Source: a virus
Reading direction: 5' to 3' (one strand)
DNA length: 64,000 bases
IMG/VR virus record: IMGVR_UViG_3300032215_000682
Location: 51,637-115,636 of that record
Numbering within the stretch: the first letter of the stretch is position 1; each line of letters starts with the position of its first letter. Below the pieces are notes generated by a model. It was not told where the DNA came from, did not search any database, and saw nothing but the letters and a program-made list of their open reading frames with translations. Position numbers and translations under genes: made by a program. This document shows, piece after piece, positions 1-9,737 of this stretch.

Positions 1-1
1 C

Positions 2-94
2 TTCATTAGTACAACCACCTAAGTCTGATTTATTATTTACATATCCTCCTTCAAATTGCAAAAGCATATCTGAAAATTTGTTTACATCTGCCAT
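2..94 (-). CDS. N-terminus of a GH108-family lysozyme (endolysin), truncated by the window edge
   Basis: Manual translation MADVNKFSDMLLQFEGGYVNNKSDLGGCTNE carries the EGGYVN..D.GG.T signature of glycoside hydrolase family 108. It lies directly downstream of the muzzle gene and is missing from the ORF track. Confidence 0.85.
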   Translation of the reverse strand, partial: MADVNKFSDMLLQFEGGYVNNKSDLGGCTNE

Positions 95-96
95 AA

Positions 97-3000
97 TTAT
101 GTTTTACTTATTGTTTGATTATTAATTTGAAATTTCATTATATATTTGTGTTGTGAATCATTATTATTAGAAAGTCTAACAATAAAAGCATCACTTCTTA
201 ATTGTTTTGTTAAAAATTCTTCTTTATAATTTAATGCTTTAGTATTAATATTTTTATAAGGAACTTCACATGTATAAGTCATTAAAGGTTGTCCTTTAAC
301 ACTAACATCTGTTATTGAATTAAATCTCCAATTATTTTCTATATTATCTACTAAAATGTCTTTAGAAAAGTGATTAATTTTTGGATAGGCAATTGATTGT
401 TGCATATCATCTTTTTTAGCTACAATTAAATTTAACTGTCCTGTAGTTTGATTTTGATTATAAATTAAAACCCCATCTAATGTTCTATCATTTACAAAGA
501 AATAATTTAACATGTCTTCATATCTTAAAACATCACATTGATATTCTATAAAATCTACAGTGTTATTAATAAATTTATCTTGTGTAACATATTCTATTAT
601 AAAAGGAAACAATTCTTCATAAAACACTTGATATGATTTGTTTGTTAATAAATGACTCCAAAGTCCTGTGCTATTTCCTGATTGAAAATATGTATTATTA
701 GAGATATAATAATTAGGAATAAAAGAATAAAAACTAATCCATTCACCATTAATAGGAGAATAAGCTAATGTCCATGATTTATTACAAAAATATCTCTTGT
801 CTTTTAAATTTATTTCTTCTCCATTTAAATAAAAAGCATTATTTTTATATTCCACTTTTCCTTTATATTGAGAATTTAAAGCATAATCAAGTTTGGTAAT
901 AAACATCCTATCATATTTATTATCCCATGTAGTTGCTATTCCTATTTTATTATAAGCATCATCAATATTAACATCTGGAAAATCTTTTCTAATACTAAAA
1001 GGAAGATGTTCTCTAAACCATGCTCTCATTTTAGGTTTATCTTTTCCTCTTGTTATATCTATTAGCTGATTTCCTCCTAATTGAAAAATAGAAGGATTTT
1101 CACTATTAACATAAAAATGTCCAAATGGTGTACTTTCAAAACTTTGATGTGTAGAACCACCAAAACCTAAATCAGATTTATAATATTCTTGAGGCTTTGT
1201 AGCAAACATATTGCCTATGCTCACTTGTTGTTGTTCTAATGATGTATTAATTGTTATATAAGCATTAAATACTTTTGTAGAATTGGTTTGTCTACATACC
1301 ACCTTATCTTGTTCTATTCCATTTAAAGCTATTAGAGCACCATCTTCTAATGGAAAATCATAATAATCATTGGCAGAATAATTAAGCCAATTAGGAACAC
1401 CTTTATTAGAATAAATTGCTCTATTAGGAAATTGATTTCTTATATAAGAAAGGGCATTTGTATAATCATTTCTAAGAATGTAATAAGGATTTTCTAAATT
1501 TTGTTTAGAATAATCAGAATTATAAAAATAATAATTATCAAATGATATTGGGTTCAAATATTGTTGAGTCCATGTTACAATATCTCCTACATAAGGATAG
1601 AAATTCTTTTCTTGATAATTTTCCCCATGTCTCATATCCACATTATAATCACTTTCACAAGCAAAATATGGAATGCCATATGAATACATTGGAAAATATC
1701 CTCTCTGATAAAACACACTACTTTCATCAACTATTGCATGAAGTTCTGGTGGTGTAAAATTAAAAAAGGCTTGACTGCCACTAGGATCTACAGGAGCTGT
1801 ATCCATATAATATTTACTAAAAGCAACATTGCTTAATAATGAATATTGGACATCTGTATTAGGCTGGTCATTTATTCTATCTTGAATAAAAAAAGGCATT
1901 TTTCTCTTTAGTCCAAAATTATTAATATATGTATCACCTCCAAATATTGTATCACATGAAGAATCTTGTATATTATTCCAATCTATTATACCACAATACC
2001 CTGTATCTACCCACTCAATATTTTCTATTGTTCCATACTGATCTGGTACATAAATTTTATTAGAAGCATAATAACTAGCTATATTAGAATATACACCTGT
2101 TTGAAGTTGATTAGAAGCTGCTATATTATTAAAAGCATCTGTTCTACTTGTATCACCTGTTAAATTTCCATTAACATCATATATTAATGCCCCATTATTT
2201 AATACCCAATCAACACATTGAAAAGCTTTAGCAGGAATAATAACATCAGGAGTTGTAGCATCATAAGCTGGAATAGAAAAGAAAATAGAACTTTCTCTCT
2301 CAAAATTATTAATTCTTACACTGGAATAATTATCATTAATTTGTATATTTCCAGGATTTAAATATATATTGTTACTAGTGACACTAATTTTTTTATAAGG
2401 CCCATTTTCTATAAAAGAAGAACTATTATATTTACCATCAGAAATATAATATATTGTAGGATTTCTAGGAATTCCAAGAGATTTAAATAAGTCTGTAAAC
2501 TCTTTAGTATATTTACCTTGATTAGTAGCAAAACCAAATCCTATACCTATTGCAAGTTCTATAGCAAATCCTACTAATGGAGCACTTGTTCCAAATATTG
2601 TTATAGGAGCTGCTGCTGATGCTGCATTAAAAGCATCTATAACTATTTCAAGAGCTGCTAACACTTCTGCAAATGTATAAGCTTGTTTAGTTAATAATGT
2701 ATAAGGAGCATGTTTCACCACTTCTACATATTCACCTCTTGATATTCCATATTGAATAGATTCAAGTTTAATAATATTTCCTAAAAATGGTTTATTAAAA
2801 CTTGTATTAGGAGAGTGAAATGTATATCTAGCATTAACATAATTATTATTTTTATAAGGGTGCTTAACATTGCTTCCTCCTCTTTTATCTAAAAGATAAA
2901 CATCTGTATTTAAATCATTATAAGAATAAGATGGATAGTATATTTTTTCAAAGCTTTGACTACCATCTAATGCTTTTATAGGCTCTCCTTTAGAATTTAA

Positions 3001-5997
3001 AGCATTTGATTTCCATACATCATATAAAAGCCCATTAGCTAAAATAGATTTATTGCTTCTTCTATTACTTCTTTTAATTCCATAACCTACAATATTAAGC
3101 CTTTCTTCATTAGAAATTAATTTAGAAATCTCAGCATCTATTAATATTTCTTTTACACTTTCAACATCTAAATTAACCCCTATAGGATAGAATTTATTTT
3201 TTATAGTATATTGTGTAGGTCTATTAGCTACACTTCTATCAGAAGCATTGTAAGCACTATTTTGAATGTTTGCCACCCTACAATCAGGAAATTTAAAATG
3301 TCTAATTGGTTGTGAACATAATTCAGCATAAACATCTTTATTATTTGGATAGGATTCACTACTTTTCCAATAGGCAAAATCACCTATATGATAGGTTTGT
3401 TTTTCACATTCAGCATTAACATATACTTGTGTAGGTGTAGGGACTAATGATTTATAAATACATTCAAATTCATAAATTCCAGGTATATCAATAATTTTAC
3501 TTCCAATAACTGTAGGAGTGGTGATACAAATTGTAGCAAATCCCCATTTAGCTTGTCCAAAAAGTCCACTATTTTGATCCCAAGAAGGATTTGCATCATT
3601 TGTAATAGTAGTGGGATCTGGAGTAAATATTCTAAAATAGTATGTTTGCCCCACTGTTAAAGCAATTTGACCATTTGCTACATCTCCTACTAGTAAATAT
3701 ATCCCTGTAGAAGAATCTTGTGGACTTGAACAAGCTATTGGACAACTTCCTAAACAATCTTGAAATACTTCTAAACTAAATTTAGTATTAGTAAGACCAG
3801 AATTTATACCACTGAGTCCTAAATTAATAGCATGTGTTTTAGCTGTAGCTATAAATGAATACCACACTTGATTATCTGTATAACATGTACCAAAACTATT
3901 ACATGATTGACATCCTGCACATCCTGATGGATTATATAAATCTGTTGGTGATGACACTCTTGCTAAATAAGCATAATCATTAGGTTGATTAGTTGTAGGA
4001 TTGAGTCTACATGCACCATTAGTACTTGGAGCTATTTGTAAAGCTGTTGCACATGTTTTATTAATAGGAACAAATAAATCTGAGTTTAACACTTGACTGG
4101 CAGCATTACCTGTTCCTGCTCCAAAAGCATCTGCAAATGTTGTATTATATTTTGGACTATGTATTAGATTAGTTTGAGTGTATGTTGAAACACTAGTGTT
4201 AATTTGTGGTGCTTGTAATGTTTTAAATATTATTGAATCTGCAATATTATTATAGCCACTAGGAATTATACATCCACAATTTGTTAATAAAGTGTTATTA
4301 ATATTATAAAATGTAATATTATCTGAGCTATATATCTTTGTATTAGGCTCAATACCACCAATATTATTAATTTTTGAATAATAAAAAGGTGGTGTAGAAG
4401 ATTGTGGATCATTAGTATATAAATCACTATTACAACTAAAGTATTTATATGTGTCTACTATTTGTACACCAGAAGCATTATAGGGACAATTTGGAGATTG
4501 TCCTTCATCTTGTGCTGTATTATATACTTGCCATAATTTATTAATTTCTTGTGAAGGACAACCTTGTGCTGTCAACTCATTGCCATCTGTAACAATATAA
4601 TCAACATCTAAAACATCTGTTGTATTTATATAATTATCTATGGTGTCTTTCATTTTATAAGCATCTTTATAATACTGCTTATCATTATTAGAAAGAATAA
4701 AATCTGCTGTTGTTCCTCCTCCTTTTAATTTAAAATATATACTAAAAGCATATACTTCATCTCTATTATATCCTACATAATTAGCAGCATTATTACTATT
4801 AGAATAAAAATCAGATGGCACTTCTATTGTTTGCCATTTTAAATGTAATTTATTAACTACAGGTTGTAAATTTAACTCTCTTTGAGCTTCTAGTCCATAC
4901 CAAAATAGAAAATCATTAGCTTTTGTTATTCCCTCAGCTTTATTATAAAGAGGTCTTCTTCTTAATACATCATCAATAGTAAGTCTTGCTTCACTATCAT
5001 ATTCATTACCTGTAAATGTATAAATAAAATTATTAGAATTAATAGAAAATGTCCCTATTTGAAATATAGATGTTGTGTTATTTACTGTTATTAGAACAAT
5101 AATATTTATATAATTATATCTTTTAGCATCTAAATTACTAATAGAAAGTTTAATTGCTTGACTTGTTAAATAATCTGTATTAACTGTAATAGTGTTAGTG
5201 GTATCATAAATAGGAAATGGGTTGGATATTGTAAAATAATCTGTTAATTCTACACCAATACTATTAGAATAGCTTACACTAAATTGATATGTTCCAGCTT
5301 TTAAACTTCCTCCAATAACATCTTCTATTGTATTTAAACAAGGAATATTAAAAGGTTCATTCACTAATATTTTAGAACAATCTAATTGATTTGTATATAT
5401 AATTTCTCCACAATCTCCTGTTGATTGTACAATATAAGGAATATGAGAAATATCTAAAAATCTCATTCCATTATTATAGTCTGTAAAATAAATAACAATT
5501 GATTCATTATTAGGAAGATTATTATTAGGATTGTATCCAATACTAAAAGAACTTCTAATAGGAAAATTTATATTAAAATTAAGACATGGAGCATTAATTA
5601 TTGTTTCATATTGACAAAGTTCTTTCTGTTCTATTAATTCTAATGGCTTTCCTTCAATATAAGAAGCATTACATGTAGAACAAAATACTTTTTCATCAGC
5701 AATGTCTTCATAATTAGAACTTCTAATCATTCCAATTTCTGAATCTTTTGTTGATTCATTTACTAGAAAGAATATAACAATATTTTTAATAGAAATATTT
5801 AATGTTCCTATTACAGAATATCCTTCTTTAAATCTTGTACATAGCAAATTACTAGGCTCATTAGAAATTCTAAATAAGTTTCCTGATACATCTTGTATAT
5901 TAGCATTTACTGCAAGACTATAAGAGTTTGGAGACATGTTTGAGATATGAGAATCCATATCCATCCCAACACTTGTCTGATTTATTTCTTGTGACAT
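97..5997 (-). CDS. Tail stabilization / muzzle protein (crAss-like Tstab)
   Basis: 1966 aa. N-terminal GMDMD..ANIQ..NEPSN motif, GGSLKAGTYQF, YNRDEVYAFSI, FGGDTYI, C-terminal SWTLAYSP..WISFYSFIP. Follows the tail tubular and IHF genes as in crAss-like phages. Confidence 0.8.
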   Translation of the reverse strand: MSQEINQTSVGMDMDSHISNMSPNSYSLAVNANIQDVSGNLFRISNEPSNLLCTRFKEGYSVIGTLNISIKNIVIFFLVNESTKDSEIGMIRSSNYEDIADEKVFCSTCNASYIEGKPLELIEQKELCQYETIINAPCLNFNINFPIRSSFSIGYNPNNNLPNNESIVIYFTDYNNGMRFLDISHIPYIVQSTGDCGEIIYTNQLDCSKILVNEPFNIPCLNTIEDVIGGSLKAGTYQFSVSYSNSIGVELTDYFTISNPFPIYDTTNTITVNTDYLTSQAIKLSISNLDAKRYNYINIIVLITVNNTTSIFQIGTFSINSNNFIYTFTGNEYDSEARLTIDDVLRRRPLYNKAEGITKANDFLFWYGLEAQRELNLQPVVNKLHLKWQTIEVPSDFYSNSNNAANYVGYNRDEVYAFSIYFKLKGGGTTADFILSNNDKQYYKDAYKMKDTIDNYINTTDVLDVDYIVTDGNELTAQGCPSQEINKLWQVYNTAQDEGQSPNCPYNASGVQIVDTYKYFSCNSDLYTNDPQSSTPPFYYSKINNIGGIEPNTKIYSSDNITFYNINNTLLTNCGCIIPSGYNNIADSIIFKTLQAPQINTSVSTYTQTNLIHSPKYNTTFADAFGAGTGNAASQVLNSDLFVPINKTCATALQIAPSTNGACRLNPTTNQPNDYAYLARVSSPTDLYNPSGCAGCQSCNSFGTCYTDNQVWYSFIATAKTHAINLGLSGINSGLTNTKFSLEVFQDCLGSCPIACSSPQDSSTGIYLLVGDVANGQIALTVGQTYYFRIFTPDPTTITNDANPSWDQNSGLFGQAKWGFATICITTPTVIGSKIIDIPGIYEFECIYKSLVPTPTQVYVNAECEKQTYHIGDFAYWKSSESYPNNKDVYAELCSQPIRHFKFPDCRVANIQNSAYNASDRSVANRPTQYTIKNKFYPIGVNLDVESVKEILIDAEISKLISNEERLNIVGYGIKRSNRRSNKSILANGLLYDVWKSNALNSKGEPIKALDGSQSFEKIYYPSYSYNDLNTDVYLLDKRGGSNVKHPYKNNNYVNARYTFHSPNTSFNKPFLGNIIKLESIQYGISRGEYVEVVKHAPYTLLTKQAYTFAEVLAALEIVIDAFNAASAAAPITIFGTSAPLVGFAIELAIGIGFGFATNQGKYTKEFTDLFKSLGIPRNPTIYYISDGKYNSSSFIENGPYKKISVTSNNIYLNPGNIQINDNYSSVRINNFERESSIFFSIPAYDATTPDVIIPAKAFQCVDWVLNNGALIYDVNGNLTGDTSRTDAFNNIAASNQLQTGVYSNIASYYASNKIYVPDQYGTIENIEWVDTGYCGIIDWNNIQDSSCDTIFGGDTYINNFGLKRKMPFFIQDRINDQPNTDVQYSLLSNVAFSKYYMDTAPVDPSGSQAFFNFTPPELHAIVDESSVFYQRGYFPMYSYGIPYFACESDYNVDMRHGENYQEKNFYPYVGDIVTWTQQYLNPISFDNYYFYNSDYSKQNLENPYYILRNDYTNALSYIRNQFPNRAIYSNKGVPNWLNYSANDYYDFPLEDGALIALNGIEQDKVVCRQTNSTKVFNAYITINTSLEQQQVSIGNMFATKPQEYYKSDLGFGGSTHQSFESTPFGHFYVNSENPSIFQLGGNQLIDITRGKDKPKMRAWFREHLPFSIRKDFPDVNIDDAYNKIGIATTWDNKYDRMFITKLDYALNSQYKGKVEYKNNAFYLNGEEINLKDKRYFCNKSWTLAYSPINGEWISFYSFIPNYYISNNTYFQSGNSTGLWSHLLTNKSYQVFYEELFPFIIEYVTQDKFINNTVDFIEYQCDVLRYEDMLNYFFVNDRTLDGVLIYNQNQTTGQLNLIVAKKDDMQQSIAYPKINHFSKDILVDNIENNWRFNSITDVSVKGQPLMTYTCEVPYKNINTKALNYKEEFLTKQLRSDAFIVRLSNNNDSQHKYIMKFQINNQTISKT

Positions 5998-6006
5998 TAT
6001 TATTTT

Positions 6007-6966
6007 TTAAAAGTGTCTTACATTCATTCTCTCATAGGAATAGTATTGATTCCTAAGCCTTCTGCTATCTTCAACAAGTTTATTAAAACTAGGTAATTTT
6101 GAAAGGAATCTTGCCTCAGCCATACTTTTAGCTGATTTTTCATTCCAATATTTTAATTTATTTTCTAAATTAACATCTTGACTATCAGACCACATAGCTT
6201 CAAAAAAGAATAATATTAAATAATCTCTAAGAGCTTGTAAGAGCACAGGATGATCTCCCACTAATGGCAACCCTGTTTTTTCATCAAAAGGCCCTGAATA
6301 ATATCTAATAAACATCATAGGGTGCTTTAAATTAGAAAAGACATAATAAGTGTTTCCTTGTTTTCTAATAGAAATATCATGTACACCACCTCCTTTAAAA
6401 TTTTTACAATGTTTATGACAAAATGTTTCTGTTAATTTATTTCCAAGTTTTAAAAGTCTTGGTGTAAAATTCCATTCATAATTAGCATTAGCCCATGAAT
6501 TTCCTTCAACATATTCTTTAATAGTCACTTTTTCTATTACATTTTCTGGAGCACAACCATTTATATAAACACCATAAGTGGGTTGATTACATATTCCTCC
6601 AGGCTGTTGTATCATTTCACAATCTTTATGTGTATAAACAACAATTTTATCTTGAAATTCTCTCCAATGAAAAGGCTTTATTTCTTTTCCATTATATGTT
6701 TCATTTTCTAATTCTCTATGATTTTCTTTACAAAGCCAAGCAGAATCTAACATCATAAAGTCACAAGGAAGTTGTCCTTTGTGATCTGTAAGTGTTATCA
6801 TAGTGTCTTTTCTTTCAAAGAGAGAAAGTCCTAAATTAGAATTAAACCAAGCTATTTGGTCATAAAATTTACCAACATCTAAAAGACCATTAGCTGAATA
6901 AGAAGCTAAATAGTCCTCTATATAGTTCATTGTGGAGTCACAACTTATTAAATTAAAATCACTCAT
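6007..6966 (-). CDS. Tail tubular / ring protein
   Basis: Immediately upstream of Tstab. LPCDF and 'Y...D..GLPLV.DHP....AL..Y' motifs typical of crAss-like ring proteins. Confidence 0.7.
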   Translation of the reverse strand: MSDFNLISCDSTMNYIEDYLASYSANGLLDVGKFYDQIAWFNSNLGLSLFERKDTMITLTDHKGQLPCDFMMLDSAWLCKENHRELENETYNGKEIKPFHWREFQDKIVVYTHKDCEMIQQPGGICNQPTYGVYINGCAPENVIEKVTIKEYVEGNSWANANYEWNFTPRLLKLGNKLTETFCHKHCKNFKGGGVHDISIRKQGNTYYVFSNLKHPMMFIRYYSGPFDEKTGLPLVGDHPVLLQALRDYLILFFFEAMWSDSQDVNLENKLKYWNEKSAKSMAEARFLSKLPSFNKLVEDSRRLRNQYYSYERMNVRHF

Positions 6967-7529
6967 TATATTATTTGATTAATTCTTCTTTTATAAAAAT
7001 CTTGAAATTTATAAGAATAAAAATTAGCATCAGTTTTTACTTTCTTAGCTAATTGTTGTTTTAATTGTTTTGTAGGTTCCCATCTATAAACATGTGCTTT
7101 TTTAGAAGTTGTATTCTTTCTATTAAACCACATAAATCTAAACCAATCTAAATAGTGTTCTAAATTCATATATCTTTGTGGGTGAGAATATTTTTTTAGT
7201 CTTCTTTCTTTTAAATATTCTGAAAGATTAGAATTCTTTATTTTTTCTATTGTTTCTTCTTTATTTTCTCTATGGTTAATAGGTGTATATTTAGACACCA
7301 CTAATGTTCCCATATTTTTAAAAATATTAAAACCTTCAGGATTTTCTAATAGCCATTTACCTATTTCTATATTAGAAAGCATTATCACTTGGTAAATATC
7401 TGAATTAGAAAGTTGCCTTCTATTCATCTTAAATCTCTTTCTGATTTTTTTACATAATTCATTAGAAAATACAGAAGTTTTTTCTCCATATTTTAGAATT
7501 CCTTTAGATGTTTCTATCTTTTGACTCAT
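6966..7529 (-). CDS. IHF/HU-like DNA-binding protein
   Basis: Basic protein with HU-like helix plus 'F.IFKNMGTLVVSK' strand, at the conserved crAss-like position between ring genes. Confidence 0.6.
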   Translation of the reverse strand: MSQKIETSKGILKYGEKTSVFSNELCKKIRKRFKMNRRQLSNSDIYQVIMLSNIEIGKWLLENPEGFNIFKNMGTLVVSKYTPINHRENKEETIEKIKNSNLSEYLKERRLKKYSHPQRYMNLEHYLDWFRFMWFNRKNTTSKKAHVYRWEPTKQLKQQLAKKVKTDANFYSYKFQDFYKRRINQII

Positions 7530-8245
7530 TCTTTTGGTTGTATTGGTTGTTTAGTTTTGATATTTGAATCAAGGTCAGGATTGGAATCTTTTACAAACTT
7601 GCCATAAACAGAAGCTAATTCTGTTATAAGTTGTTGTTTAACATTATGTAAAAGATATTCAGGACATACAAATTCATAATCTAAAGGACTATCTATACAA
7701 TCAGGCACATCACATGATTCACATTCATCTTGTATTAAACTATCTACAAGCCAAGGTTTTTTAAAATAAGCTTCTATTGTAATAGTTTCAACATCAGAAT
7801 TAGGAATATAAATATATCCATCAATAAAAAAATAATATTTCTTTCTAAAATCAACATATTGTCTATTTTGAATAGCTCTCCACTGTTTGGGAAATATAGG
7901 TTCATAATAAGTTTCTAAATTGACACTAGAGACATACTTTATTAGATTGCCATATCTTGTAGAAAATGTGCTTGGAAGCCTGTATTTAGTCCTCTGTAGC
8001 CTTTTACATACATAAGTGTCAAGAGCTTCACAACTTGTTATAGGTACATCTATAAGGTTTAAGCAATTAATAACTTTCCACCCCTCCTGTAATTTATACA
8101 CCCTTCTGGAATCATTTTCCTTTTTAATGTAGTCTGCTGCTATATCAATAGCTTTACTAATTACAAATTGTGGAGGAAGATAATCATCTACTGAAATTGC
8201 ACGAAGATCATTCCATGTCTCACTAATTAATTGTCTGTTGGTCAT
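7526..8245 (-). CDS. Tail ring / structural protein
   Basis: YYFFIDGYIYI and 'C...LD.EF.CPEYL' motifs; synteny with the crAss-like tail ring gene. Confidence 0.6.
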   Translation of the reverse strand: MTNRQLISETWNDLRAISVDDYLPPQFVISKAIDIAADYIKKENDSRRVYKLQEGWKVINCLNLIDVPITSCEALDTYVCKRLQRTKYRLPSTFSTRYGNLIKYVSSVNLETYYEPIFPKQWRAIQNRQYVDFRKKYYFFIDGYIYIPNSDVETITIEAYFKKPWLVDSLIQDECESCDVPDCIDSPLDYEFVCPEYLLHNVKQQLITELASVYGKFVKDSNPDLDSNIKTKQPIQPKE

Positions 8246-8252
8246 AATTGTG

Positions 8253-8304
8253 TAAATATACTAATAATTATTGAATTTTCCTAATACCTCATAAAATTAT
8301 GTGA
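8253..8304 (-). promoter_or_regulatory. Bacteroidota-type promoter with upstream palindromic operator
   Basis: Minus strand TTAG-N20-TATATTTA, a variant of TTTG-N19-21-TAnnTTTG. TCATAAAATTATGTGA at 8289-8304. Confidence 0.6.
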
Positions 8305-8321
8305 AATTAGTGAATATAAAT

Positions 8322-8350
8322 AAAAAACCCCTAGAGGATGTCTCTAAGGG
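8322..8350 (-). terminator. Intrinsic terminator
   Basis: CCCCTAGAG..CTCTAAGGG imperfect hairpin followed by a U-tract on the minus strand, downstream of ORF 8364-8756. Confidence 0.55.
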
Positions 8351-8363
8351 CTTGTGTTAATTG

Positions 8364-8756
8364 TTAATTTAAGTATTCCAAACTAGAAGATAGCAATGTT
8401 TGGTTAATTTGCCCTAGAAGCTCTTCAGACATCTCTACAAGCTCTTCATCTCCTATGTCTATACTCCAATCTAATAAGTCTTCTACAAAGCTTGCAAATG
8501 AATCTAATAGCATTTTATTTGATAAATCTTCATTTACATCTGCTGTAATAGTTTCTGGAATATGTTCATATTCTCTCATTACATGTTCTGGTATAGCTTC
8601 TGCATAAAAAAGTGTTATTTTATATAACTCTTCTAATGCTAGTCTTTCTGTAGCTCTTTCTGTAATTGACATATTAAAAGTTAGTTGCTCAGGGAAAACT
8701 ACAAAACCTAGAAATATATCTTCAATGGTAAATTCATCCTCTATTTTATTTTTCAT
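8364..8756 (-). CDS. Hypothetical acidic protein
   Basis: 130-aa ORF in operon orientation. Confidence 0.6.
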   Translation of the reverse strand: MKNKIEDEFTIEDIFLGFVVFPEQLTFNMSITERATERLALEELYKITLFYAEAIPEHVMREYEHIPETITADVNEDLSNKMLLDSFASFVEDLLDWSIDIGDEELVEMSEELLGQINQTLLSSSLEYLN

Positions 8757-8885
8757 TTTATTATTTCTACTTTTCTTACATTCATTCCTTCCACATCTTT
8801 TGCTAAAATATTAGCCATTTGTGATGTATAATTGCCTAAACAATTCATTATTCTGTATGTACCATCAATACATTCTATTTTTATT

Positions 8886-9662
8886 TTAGTCATTTCTGAA
8901 TTTTTTTATCTGACAATAATCTTGCAATTTCTGATATACTTTTTTAGTAATTATTACATCATTTTCACAGTAATCAATCATGTTTTTCAATGCTTCCTTA
9001 TCTTTTTTAAGAATAACATCATTCCATAATTGTAAACCACCAGTTGATACTTTTTCACCAAGTCCAAGAAATTTAGCTATATAATCAAGTTTATTGTTAT
9101 TAAAACTAAAACTATTTCTAGCCATTTTCAATGTATCAATTGTTTGAAGTTTAGCAGGAAATGGTATTCCATGATATATGCATCTTGTCCTAATAAAAGG
9201 AATGTCAAACCCATCAGAATTATGTCCTACTAGAATAACATCTTCATTTAAAAGTTTGCTAAATTCTAATAGAAGTTTAGCATCACCATCACTATTCCAA
9301 GAAAGTGTTTGCACTTTATCACTATCATCCCAAGAATAACTAAGGCATATAATCTTTTTTTCTTCTATTATATTATCATGTGAAAGGTTAATTTTACTAC
9401 CAATTCTCCATGAAGATACAATATTAAATGAAGACTCAATATCAATAAAAAGCTTTCTTTTAGGAGCTTTAACTTCTAAGACAGAATCATCATTTTTAAT
9501 TCTAATCTTTCTAAACCTATTTCTGATATATTCACTGGACAAACCTTCACCTATCTCACTTGCCACTAAGCTCCATCTAAATTGTGTGTCTTTAGTTCTC
9601 CAATCTTCAATAAATGCATAATTTTCTAATAGAAAAGCATCAACTTTTTGTTTTAAATTCAT
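8886..9662 (-). CDS. DnaQ-like / RNase_H_2 3'-5' exonuclease
   Basis: ExoI DIESS, ExoII GHNSDGFDIP, ExoIII YCENDV. Confidence 0.85.
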   Translation of the reverse strand: MNLKQKVDAFLLENYAFIEDWRTKDTQFRWSLVASEIGEGLSSEYIRNRFRKIRIKNDDSVLEVKAPKRKLFIDIESSFNIVSSWRIGSKINLSHDNIIEEKKIICLSYSWDDSDKVQTLSWNSDGDAKLLLEFSKLLNEDVILVGHNSDGFDIPFIRTRCIYHGIPFPAKLQTIDTLKMARNSFSFNNNKLDYIAKFLGLGEKVSTGGLQLWNDVILKKDKEALKNMIDYCENDVIITKKVYQKLQDYCQIKKFRND

Positions 9663-9692
9663 TAATTATATTTAATTAAAATTTCAATAATA

Positions 9693-9724
9693 CAAAGATA
9701 TGAATAATAATTCACAATTCCTAA
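9693..9724 (-). promoter_or_regulatory. Bacteroidota sigma-type promoter
   Basis: Minus strand TTAG-N20-TATCTTTG just upstream of the exonuclease gene. Confidence 0.6.
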
Positions 9725-9737
9725 TTTTTAACAAAAA

